Assembly: GCF_006345805.1 (NCBI RefSeq)
Contig: NC_042998.1
Location: 76,260,001-76,324,000, forward strand
Direction: 5' to 3'
From: Octopus sinensis
Taxonomy: Eukaryota
Length of the DNA stretch: 64,000 nucleotides
The notes below the pieces were generated by a model. The model was not told the origin of the DNA. It was given only the letters and a program-made list of their open reading frames with translations, and made no database searches. A program made the position numbers and the translations under genes. This document shows, piece by piece, positions 38,656 through 49,728 of the stretch; the stretch's first letter is position 1, and each line of letters starts with the position of its first letter.

Positions 38656-39313
38656 GCCGATTCAGTGTTTACATTATTTCGAATTAAAACGAAAGATTAC
38701 CTTGCGGCGCCTGTTTATGTAACAGTCTGCTATGTAGAAAATAATGAGGTTGACTCAATGGAATAATGACAGTGATCGAAGATATAGACAAAATTTTTTT
38801 TATTTAATCGTTATACATGCCTTGTCGACTGCTACTGTGCAGCCTTAATGTCTCTGTTGATGTGACGATGGTGAAATGGTAAGAAAAAGATGGGAGAGTT
38901 ATAAAATGAGGAGATATTCTTCTCATGAGAAAAGAGTTGCATTCAAAGGAAAAAAAAAGTTAAGTCTATAGAGGTGCACAGAAACTGGGTGCAAGCATGC
39001 ATATATATGCATGTGTAAACATTGTGTTGTGCAGCAAAAGGAACGAACAGTACAAAATGTGTAAGGAAAAGTGACAAAATCCGATTGGTAATGTTCTGTG
39101 TGAAAAGTCTATGCCGGCCATACATACATACATACATACATAAACACACACACATACATAGATACATACACACACACACACACATACATGCATACATACA
39201 TATACACATACACCGAGTAAAAAAAATCAGTTATCTCTCTCTTTCACACATTACTCTCTCTGTCTCTTCGCACACACTAACAGAAGCACTTCACTTACAC
39301 AACATACTGTCTT

Positions 39314-39912
39314 GAGTACCTCTATTGGATAGTTGATGACGTCCTCTGAGTCAGGAGTTGTATCGATAGACTGATATACATAGACTTCCCCAGGAATGAG
39401 TTTTAGCATTTCATCATTAATATGGTGAACAGTTTTATTCCTCGGGGTCAGTATAGCCTTTTTGCCAATCCAATCCATATTCTGATAATTAGCTTGTAGA
39501 TCTGGGAACACTGCATCTCTGAGATCAGAAGGCGTCTTAACAATGGTACAAATGGAATCGATGGCAATATTACCATTTTCATCCCCTGGTATTTTGCCTT
39601 CGCCAAGTGCAAGGAGGGTGTGAGGAAATGCTGCTGATGTGATATTACGTCGCATATGAGCACGCATATTGGTGTGAAGTTTGAGAGTTACTTCCCTTTA
39701 TTAAAAAAATATGCATTAAAATGGAAAAAAATGATGGTAAATTATTTGTAAAATCGTAGACTCATCGTAGACGCGCGCTAATACCCAGAAGGGCTCGATA
39801 TGAATCACGATTATAAGATACCCGGTTTTGGTTAAACTGCATCGCAAAATGTGGGAGTAGTTAGGAATCTAAATCGGAGTAGACAGACACACAACCTTTC
39901 TTTTATATATAA
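39314..39912 (-). mobile_element. Helitron fragment: 5' terminal module fused to a PIF1-like helicase segment
   Basis: ORF ...WIGKKAILTPRNKTVHHINDEMLKLIPGEVYVYQSID...YPIEVL is typical of Helitron RepHel helicase. 39710-39900 is homologous to the 47.45-47.63 kb Helitron module. Confidence 0.85.
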
Positions 39913-39914
39913 AT

Positions 39915-40435
39915 ATTTTCGTCCTAAAAAACTTTGTATGGAGTGAATGGTTACCTCTATGGAAATATATACACGCACATTATATATACATGTGTGTATA
40001 GATGAATATATAAATACATTTAAATATCTATATGCACTTTTGGGCGATCTTTCTGTTTCTTAGAGATAACTTTAGATCTTATTTTCGTCCTAAAAAACTT
40101 TGTATGGAGTGAATGGTTACCTCTATGGAAATATATACACACACGTTATACATACATGTGTGCATAGATGAATATATAACTACATTTATATATCTATATA
40201 CACTTTTGGGCGATCTTTGTGCTACTTAGAGATAACTTTAGATCTTATATTCGTCCTAAAAAACTTTGTGCGGAGTGAATGGTTACGTTTATGGAAATAT
40301 ATACACACATTATACATACATCTGTGTATAGATGAATATATAAATACATTTAAATATCTATATACACTTTTGGGCGATCTTTCTGCTACTTGGATATACT
40401 TTAGATCTTATATTCGTCCTAAAAAACTTTGTATG
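39915..40435 (+). repeat. Tandem repeat, ~166-bp unit, ~3.2 copies
   Basis: Unit starts ATTTTCGTCCTAAAAAAC at 39915 and 40081, with variants at 40247 and 40410. Confidence 0.9.
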
Positions 40436-40709
40436 AATTGAAAAAGAAAATGAATTGAAATTTTTAAGAAAGGAATTTGTTTACATACATGTGTGAAATG
40501 GCAAATGTTTGTGCAGTTGTCCGAAATGGAACCAGGGTAAATGTGTGGAACTGATGTATTATAATGAATAGTCCTTCTTGTTGTGAATATTAATTTGATT
40601 AATATGAACTGAAAACCAGTGGTGTAGCATATAAGACCATAGGTGATCTTCTAGCAAAAAGGATGACCAGTCTGACTGGCTCATCCCTGTCACACACTCA
40701 CACACACGC

Positions 40710-40747
<38 letters not shown>

Positions 40748-41279
40748 CCTCACACTCACGCACACTCACACACACGTTAGCTTACAATTTTATTTATATA
40801 TTTGCGTGTCTATGTGTGTAAAGAGGAAGTGGGAGTAATATGCAGAGTGAAAGAGTGAAATGGTAAAATATTTAGTTTTCTCGAATTTTTTCTGAAATGG
40901 GGGTGAAATTGAAAGAAATTTTGTATGCCATGACCGAATGGAAGTACTTTGAAAAATCATAGGTAAACTCTAATTGAAGAAATTGTGTGAGGAGTAAATC
41001 GTTATGTATTTATTTGTTTCTGTTTGCTGTGTTTTTTTTTTTTGAGTAGTGGTTTAAGGTACACTTGCAAAGAGAAAGTATGAGAAATTATGGTGATAGC
41101 ATGAGTGAAGCAGTTCATCCGTTTTATATAAATACTTTCACTTTAATCGTTGCACACTTGCAAAGAGAAAGGAGGAGAAATTAGGGTGATAGCATGAGTG
41201 AAGCAGTTCGCTCCGTTTGTGTGTGTGTGTGTGTGTGTGCTGTAGCCCACACTAAGAAAAGCACTTCACTTACACACCA

Positions 41280-41460
41280 CAATGTGAGTTTTCTCGAAAT
41301 TTTGCTTAATTGGGGGTGAAATTTGAAAAACTACCTGGCACGACCCGATGTATTCTACTCTTAAAAATGCTAGGTAAATTGTAATTGAAGAAATCCTATA
41401 TTGTAGATTTCTATAAGAGACAAAGGGAGGCAGATAAAATCTGCCTTTTATAATAAGAGA
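41280..41460 (-). mobile_element. Probable Helitron 5' end fragment
   Basis: Ends in TTTTATATAATAAGAGAT (ATCTCTTATTATATAAAA on minus), like the other Helitron 5' termini; a related segment lies at ~40875-40985. Confidence 0.45.
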
Positions 41461-41520
41461 TAACAAAGTGTGTCTAAAATGAAATTAAATCGAGGTTTAG
41501 TCACAGATAGATCAAGTTAG

Positions 41521-42037
41521 GGCGATGTTTCGCTTGTCGTAGCACACGTTCCCGTCGATTTCCGTAAAAAACTTTTATTTTTTTACATAAGTAATGAGAG
41601 CGAAAGAGACTAAGAGGAAGCGATTTTATGACGAGGAAATTTCTCTTTGAAGTCCCCGTGTGTGTGTTTGATGGGGTGTGGGAGACAGACAGTATGTTGT
41701 GTAAGTGAAGTGCTTCTGTTAGTGTGTGCGAAGAGACAGAGAGAGTAATGTGTGAAAGAGAGAGATAACTGAAATTTTTTAATCGGTGTATGTGTATATG
41801 TATGTCTGCATGTATGTGTGTGTGTGTATGTGTGTATATATGTATGTATGTATGGCCGATTCAGTGTAATTTTTTACTCGGTGTATGTGTATATGTATGT
41901 CTGCATGTATGTGTGTGTGTATGTATGTATGTATGTATGTATGTATGTATGTATGGCCGATTCAGTGTTTACATTTTTTACGGAAATCGACGGAGGAAAT
42001 CGACGGAAACCTGTGCTACGACAAGCGAAACATCGCC
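41521..42037. mobile_element. Non-autonomous TIR element 'M' (superfamily unresolved)
   Basis: ~50-bp TIR GGCGATGTTTCGCTTGTCGTAGCAC...TTCCGTAAAAAA. Partial copies at ~34920-35090, 36580-36727, 38215-38680 and inverted at 39115-39312. No TSD found. Confidence 0.7.
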
Positions 42038-42674
42038 GATAATGCCACTCTCTCTTTGGAAGAGAAATCAATCAATTGAAATGATCTTTTGGTGGAATTC
42101 TGATCGAAGCACGCATTAAAACTCTTCATAACTTTTTTGTTTAAGAATTTACTCAATTTTTTTTTCTATTCTGTTTTCTGCATAATGGAATTAATACGAT
42201 TATCCAAGCAAAAACATTTTTTTACTATTTCTCCTTTACCCCACTAATTCTAAAACTTTCCATTGTTTTTCGACTTTTTAAACATTTTTTGGCTTTCACA
42301 AAGGAATTAATATGATTACCCCCCCCCCAATCATTTCTTAAATATTTTATCGCACTCCCTTAATTCCAAAATTTTCCATTATCGAGTCTTGCGTGTTTGA
42401 GTTGAGAAAAATGTTTACTAACAGAAAATTGTGGTGATCGAAATTTAGCCAAATTCCTTTCTCCAACAGCAGCCGCAGAAGTGGGGTGAAAAATAAAAGC
42501 AGATTCGACCTTCGAGTTTACATCAGTTTCACTTTCGTAAAAGAAACAATTTCGTCATATCTATTATGGGCGTAAATTTTTGTTTCGGTTTCATTTTTTT
42601 CTCAATTAGCCTTCTTGTTGGCTTTCACTTTTGTCACAAACTTTTCTTCTTGTTTTTTTTTTTTCCTTTTTTGG

Positions 42675-44766
42675 TAATTCATATTTAGAAAGTTGATCCT
42701 CGATTTGGCTGTTTCTGGTTTGTCAGATTTACGGTTGGGGCGTACTTAAAAATTCAAGATTTTGAAAATCCCCAAAACACGAGGCTGTATTTCACTTTCT
42801 GTCATAGGATGGAGGGGAGAAGTGTTTATTTATTTTAAAAACTGAAATTTTACGAACAGTTTTTTCTTAAGAATCATAATCTCCGTATTTCTCTTCGTAT
42901 TTCGCGAAATACGTAGAGAAATACGGAGATTTTTCCGCATATTTAAAAAAAAAAAAAATTCTGAAAAAAGTTAAAAATGAAGAATTTAGCGGGGTGGGAA
43001 GAAAGGGGTAATTTAAAATTGCCGATTTTTGCCAATTTTGTTTTTGCAGATTATTCTCCATAGCCGAAAAAAATAAAAATAAAAAAAGGGGTATTTTTGG
43101 GGGGATACAAAAGGAAGTCTTGTCCAGATTTTCTCTTTAGATACTTTTTGCGTCTGCTATTTTATAATTTCTATGCATGCGTGAAACATTAGTAGAAAAA
43201 ATACTTTAAATAGAGCGGTGGGGAGGGGTGTTTATTTATTTATTTTACAAATTTTTTTTTTTCAGAATCATAATCTCCCTATTTTTCTACGTGTTTCGCG
43301 AAAAAAAAAATTTTTTAAGTGAAAATGTAAGAAATTGGCGGGGTGTGAGGAGGGGGGGATTTAAATTTTGAAATGCAGAAATCTCCGCCCTCGATATAGT
43401 GTGCGCGGAGATTCCGAATCTGCAAAGAAATCCGCATTTCAAAATTTAACCACCCTCCAATTTCTTAAATTTTCATTTTTTAAAGAAAATTTTTCGCGAA
43501 ATACGTAGAAAAATACGGAGATTACATGATTCTGAAAAAAAAAAATTTGTAAAATTTCAATTTTTCAAAAAAAAAAAAAATAAAAATAAAAATAAACACC
43601 TCCTCCCCTCTGCCCTATGACAAAAGTGAAATTAAAGTGTTTTCTTTACTGTTTTACGCATGCATAGATGCAAAATGTATGTAAACAGAAAACCAGCGAT
43701 CTTTCGTTACAAGAACACACGACTGCTAGTTACAAACCACGTGAGGTTTATTTACATTTGTGAATATGAAAGTTGATTTCCGTAATTTTTAAAATATTTT
43801 TTTACATATTAGGTTGGTGGGAAATAGGATCTTTTGAAGTCGGCGTGAAAGCTAAAGAGACAGAGTTCTTTTGAAGTTGGCGTGAATCGGAAGACTTGAT
43901 ATGCGTGTGTTTGTGTGTGCAAAATTCTGTGTCGCTGTGTGTATGTGTGCTTGTGAGTCTGTTTGTTGTGTACAGGCGTGAGTGTGTAAAACGAAAATAA
44001 AAGAAAGGTTTTAACTTCCAAACGTCTCTGCATCCAAGGGCTTCCTGATTCATACTAACAAGAATTGAATTACGGGCCTGTATTTATATAATACATTTCA
44101 AAATAAATTATATAAACGAAAAAAAAAACGTATCTATGAATCTGATCATTAAATCGCCAACAGACATAAAAAAATAAACCCAGAGAAAAAATTTGGTAGC
44201 AGGAACAAAATTGTAGCACACACACACACTGAACGCCAACTTCAGAAGAACTTCCCCGATCCAATCGCTCGCTTTTACGCCAACTTGAAAAGATACCCCC
44301 CACCCCACATGTATAAAAAAATAAGAAAAAATTACGGAAAGCGACGATCTTCAAATATAAACAAAAGCACGTGCCCCAAATTGACAGGAACGGTACTCGT
44401 ACCCAGAAAACCTGACATGCTAGAAACACGTTTTAAATTCAAATTCTCCTTCCCTATTTCTTCATTTTACACTTATTTTAGAAATATTTTTGGCGAAATA
44501 CGTAGAAGAATGATTCTGAAAAAAAAAAAAAAATTGTTTGTAAAATTTTTATTTTTCAAACAAACAAAAAAAAAAGTTAAACAATCACCACCCTATGACA
44601 GAAAGAAGAATTTCCCCTCCCCTTTTTTTCTTTGCTAGAGGAGCAAAGAATGAAAACGTGTTTTGGGGGTTTTCAGAATATTGAATTTTCAAGTACGTCC
44701 CAACCGGAAATCTGACAAGCTAGAAACAGCAGCCAAACCGAGGATTCACTTTCTAAATACGAATTA
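42675..44766. repeat. Nested inverted-repeat (foldback-like) block
   Basis: Outer IR 42675-42781 / 44657-44766, inner palindrome 43220-43609, and a 52-bp hairpin at 42879-42930. Confidence 0.75.
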
Positions 44767-45383
44767 AAACAGAAAAAAAAAATTTTTAATGTCATTTTGT
44801 TGTGTGTGTGTGTGTGTGCAAAAAATTTAATTTTTACATACTTCTCTTAATTCCAAAAGACCCTCAACCACAATAAGTTGGGTTATGTTCGTCATGAAAC
44901 ATTAGTAGAAAAACACTTTAATTTTACTTCTTGTCATTGGGTAGAGGGAAGGGGGTATTTATTTATTTTTTGAAAAATTGAACTTTTACAAAATTGTCTT
45001 TTTTCAGAATCATAATCTCCGTATTTTTCTACTTATTTCGCGAACAAAAAAAAAAAATAATTTCTAAAAATAATTTTTATTTATTTACTTTTAATTTTCT
45101 TGTCCTATTGAAGGTGACATTTGCTTTGAAGTCGGTGAGGGAGACGAAAGGGAAACGCGCGAGCGCGCACACTTGTACATACATACACATAAAACACGCT
45201 TGAACAATGTATGTATTTATGTATGTACGTGTATATGAAAGAGAATGAGTGTGTTAGTGCTTGTGCTCGCGAGCGCGTCCAGCTTTATGTAGTTGTATTC
45301 ACACACGTACACCCATTATCTTTCACGTTCACTTACATATATACATGCATCGTGCAAGTGTGCGTTTCGGGTGTACGTATGTT

Positions 45384-45421
<38 letters not shown>

Positions 45422-45728
45422 CGGGCATGTTCAGCCTTAGGTATTTGTATTCACTCCCATACACACACTATGTCAATGTATGCGTGCGCGCTCGCGCGTG
45501 TTTCACTTTTCGCTGGCCTCTCAACAAATGTCAGCTTCAACAGGACATGAAAATAAAAGTAAATAAAAAAAAAAATCATTACGATGGAAATTACCGAAGA
45601 TTTAGACAAGCGGTGGGCAAACTCTCGCCCACGAGCATATTTCATTGCACCCCGCGGGCTTGGTACACTTGTATATACAAAATATAGTAAATTTTTCAGT
45701 TATAAAATTTATACAATATTTGTATACC

Positions 45729-46126
45729 GGATCTTTTCGGTTTGAACGGCAGTTTTTTTCTAGCGGTGTCATAATTATGACCCTATTGCATTTCAATCTG
45801 TTTTAGGATTAGGGTTAGAGGGAAGGGTATCTTTTTTTTCTTCACAAATGTAAATAAACCCAATCTGTTTCTTAAACGAGGGACATATTCATACGGCACA
45901 GAATGTTTTTTTTTTTTTGTTTTACCTCAACGGACGTCATTAATTGGTTGAAATTGCAGAAATTGAAGAAAAAAAACAACAAATATCTTACAATTTATAG
46001 AATTTTCTCAATAAAGCCAAGAGAAAAAGATGTTTTATAAACACATTCTACCAGTATACGAAGTTTAAAATTTTTTTAGTTACCTAGAAATTATGTTAAA
46101 AACTGCCGTTCAAACCGAAAAGATCC
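45729..46126. mobile_element. Merlin-like MITE
   Basis: ~30-bp TIR GGATCTTTTCGGTTTGAACGGCAGTTTTT and an 8-bp TSD TGTATACC/CGTATACC. GG termini with an 8-bp TSD are Merlin hallmarks. Confidence 0.78.
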
Positions 46127-46444
46127 CGTATACCTAATTTGCGACATAGGTCGCATTTGCACTACGACGGCAAATCTGACAAGCTAGAAACAGCAGCCAA
46201 ACCGAGGATGGTCTAAACCAGGGGTGGGGAAACTAGCGCGGCAGGCAAAACTCTCCAAAGAAAAAGGTCTGCATTTTATATAAACGACATATGTTATCAC
46301 GACGCCAGCAAAATTCCTGTAAATGAGAGAGAGAGAGAAAAAAAATATTACTCAATGTTTCATGCATAGCGCAATATGTAATGTTTGTGTGTAAAATTGT
46401 ATCGTTGGGATCAAACGAAGTGCTTTCAATGGCCACGTATTAAT

Positions 46445-46760
46445 AAATAATAGGCAATGGTGTGGAGCTATTTCAATCCGAAACAAGTACAAGAGTATAA
46501 CTGTGGCGTTCAATTACCCCTAGTTAGTGGCCTTTTTGCTATTAGGTCACGAAGAAACTTGTGGTATAGTAATTTCAGTTCGTCGATCCCCGCAAGTATT
46601 CCATCTCCTCCACAGTAAATACACTGAGATTGTTACTCCAGTTAACTAGTGCTTCTGTACAGACACCGACCTGTTTCGTAACAATATGGTATTTGAAGTT
46701 AACTACTCCCTCCATCTATATTTGCTCCATATGGCCGGTAGTTTGTTTTTCGTGTTGGGA
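46445..46760 (-). pseudogene. Merlin (IS1016/ISXO2-like) transposase relic
   Basis: Across two frames: IVTKQVGVCTEALVNWSNNL / CGGDGILAGIDELK / LGVIERHSYTLVLVSD*NSSTPLPII. This matches the Merlin pattern GGxGxxVEIDESK...GGIER...FLVxVxDRsxxTLlPII. Confidence 0.72.
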
Positions 46761-46990
46761 TTTCAGTGTCTGTGACAGTGACACGTTATAATCAGTGATC
46801 GTCGATTTATTTTTTCCTGCTGTTTGCTTTTTGTGTTGTTTTTCAAGATGTGAAGGTTTATTTGATTTGATTGATATTTATAGCAGGTCGGGTGATCGAA
46901 TAGAAATTTAATATTTCATATGAATTAAAAAAAAAATATGTCTACTAAAGTTTAAAAATGTCTCTCGCTCTCCTTTTCTTCTCGCCCCCT

Positions 46991-47040
<50 letters not shown>

Positions 47041-47104
47041 GTCTATCTGTCTATCTATCTATCTATCTGTCTGTCTGTCTGTGTGTGTGTATGTGTGTAT
47101 GTAT

Positions 47105-47152
<48 letters not shown>

Positions 47153-47153
<1 letters not shown>

Positions 47154-48160
47154 TAGCAGTATCGCCCGGCGTTGCTCGGGTTTGTAAGGGAAATAACTAT
47201 ATAAGCATTTTTAGAGAGTTACTCCCCTTATAGATGCCAATTCGGGCTTTCTTAGCCATTTCTGTTTTGGTGTCTTCAAGTCGTTGTTCTAAAAGAACGC
47301 TGGTCTCCTTGACAACGCTTTACGACGTTGATTTCTTTACACTCCCTTCCCCACAGCTTCACGAGGGAGGGAAGGGGGAGAAGCAAACAGGTGCAGCTGT
47401 GACCATGGACGCCAATTCCGCCGCCATCGACACACGAAAAATTATGCATTAAAATGGAATGAAAAATGATGTTAAATTATTTTAAAAATCGTAGACTCAT
47501 CGTAGACGCGCGCTAATACTCAGACGGGCTCGATATGAATCACGACTATAAGATACCCGAATTTGGTTAAACTGCACCGCAAAATGTGGGAGTAGTTAGG
47601 AATCTAAATCGAAGGGGACAGACATTCACACCAGTTTCATATATATAAACTTGCAGTATCGCCCGGCGTTGCTCGGGTTTGTAAGGGAAATAACTATATA
47701 AGCATTTTTAGAGAGTTACTTCCCTTATAGATGCCAATTCGGGCTTTCTTAGCCATTTCTGTTTTGGTGTCTTCAAGCCATGAAGTCGTTGTTCTAAAAG
47801 AACGCTGGTCTCCTTGACAACGCATTACGACGTTGATTTCCTTAAACTCCCTTCCCCACAGCTTCACGAGGGAGAGAAGAAGGGGGAGAAGCAAACACAG
47901 GTGCAGGTGTTTGAGCATGGATGCCAACTCCGCCGCCATCGACACACGAAAAATTATGCATTAAAATGGAATAAAAAATGATGTTAAATTATTTTTTAAA
48001 TCGTAGACTCATCGTAGACGCGCGCTAATAGCCAGACGGGCTCGATATTAATCACGACTATAAGATACCCGAATTTGGTTAAACTGCACCGCAAAATGTG
48101 GGAGGAGTTAGGAATCTAAATCGTAGGAGACAGACACTCACACAACTACAGTTTTATATA
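47153..48160 (-). mobile_element. Two tandem non-autonomous Helitron copies (~500 bp each)
   Basis: CTAG at 47153-47156 with hairpin CCCG-N8-CGGG at 47165-47180. The second copy starts near 47650 with CTAG mutated. Confidence 0.85.
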
Positions 48161-48165
48161 TATAT

Positions 48166-48197
<32 letters not shown>

Positions 48198-48429
48198 AAA
48201 TACAAAATGGGACAAGAACGCAAAACATCCGGACAACTAGGTGATACAAAAGGGGACAACAAAATATTCAGATAGACGATACAAAAAACAAAACAAAAAA
48301 AACAAAAACGGACGGGTCATTCGAAGACTTTTATCTTCAGTCAAGAACCGGATCATCCTCGCAATTTCGGCTGATTAATCTTGAGATTGCTCCAATCTGG
48401 CCAGACCCAAGGAATATATATATATACAC

Positions 48430-48570
48430 AAGGCTGGCTCTTGTGAATTACAAGTACAACTCACTTTTGCCAGCTGAGTGGACTGGAGGAGTACTGTGTA
48501 ACAACACGCCGCTGGTTTTCGAGCTCTCGATCGCGAGCCGAATACCCTAACGTCTAAGCTACGCGCCAGC
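48430..48570 (-). mobile_element. Short tRNA-derived SINE fragment
   Basis: tRNA-like head followed by GTCCACTCAGCTG central domain. Confidence 0.55.
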
Positions 48571-49363
48571 AAATACCAGCTGACAATTGCATAACCTCCT
48601 ATTGTCACACGAACCTACACAGTAACATGTTGTTACGTACACATACAGTCTATTCGTTTTATACATACACACATGCATATATATGTAAACACTCTCACAT
48701 GCACAGATATCAGCAGACAACCCGCGGCAACGTTACAAGCGTGTTGGCGTTCCTCAATAGCCATTAGAGAGGTTTCCCAGCGGCCCATCTTTTCAACCTA
48801 AGGTGGTGAATTATGGGTTTCTTTTTTTTTTTTCTTTTAATTTTTTCAATTGTGTCCTCTGTTTTATCCAATTTTCTAATTTAATTTTGTAAAACTGTAA
48901 ACACTCTGAAAGCAATAAATCTACTTATTATAGTCTTATATTTTTACACAAACTTACATATATCAATTCACACATACTCATATCAGCAGACGTTCCACAT
49001 GCAGTCTGTATGTTAAGCGTACAGACACCAACATACACATTCAGTTATTGTTTCTCACACACACACACACACACCCATACACACAGTTACGCGCGCACAC
49101 ACGCAGTCTCATACAGTTACGCCCTCGCGCGCGCGTTCACACAATGTCCTACTGGTACGCGCGCGCGTTCACACAGTGTCCTACTGGTTCGCGCGCGCAC
49201 GCAGTCTCATTATAGTTATGCGTGCGCACACACAGTCTCATACAGTAACATGCACGCACACACACACACACACACACAGATACCAGCAGACAATCAGCGT
49301 CATATTTTTCATTTATTATTTATTGGGACGTTAAAATCTTTGTAGAGCTAGTTGAGCTAGTTG

Positions 49364-49408
<45 letters not shown>

Positions 49409-49409
49409 A

Positions 49410-49681
49410 TGTGATTTTAATTTTGATTACGTGATTTTGTCTCGATTGCTGTTATATGCCTGCAGTGCGACTGCGCAGAGTTCTGTTCTGTTTGCAGACG
49501 ACATGTTCAGCGTTGATTTTAGTCAGTCGAGAACGTAGCAACTCGCTGCATAAAAATGTTATTGCGTTGAAATTTGGTCTTGCTTACAATTTTAGCAATC
49601 TTTGTATTGTATTTTATATTGCTGTATTTTTAGTCGATTAAAACCTTTTAAACTATGATATTCGAGTTTGGGTTTATAACA
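49410..49681 (+). repeat. 5' LTR
   Basis: Differs from the 3' LTR by about 10 substitutions plus a 4-bp indel (manual count); ends in ...ATAACA. Confidence 0.93.
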
Positions 49682-49728
49682 ATTTAATCGACTAAATATA
49701 GCTAGAGAGAGAGAGATAGGGATTGAGA

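Noticed and set aside
39915-40435. Regular repeats as a CRISPR-like array
   Set aside because: Units are contiguous, with no unique spacers and no cas genes, in a eukaryotic context.
46215-46260. CAGGGGTGGGGAAAC, a hAT-like left terminus (similar at ~45610)
   Set aside because: No matching right TIR or 8-bp TSD was found.
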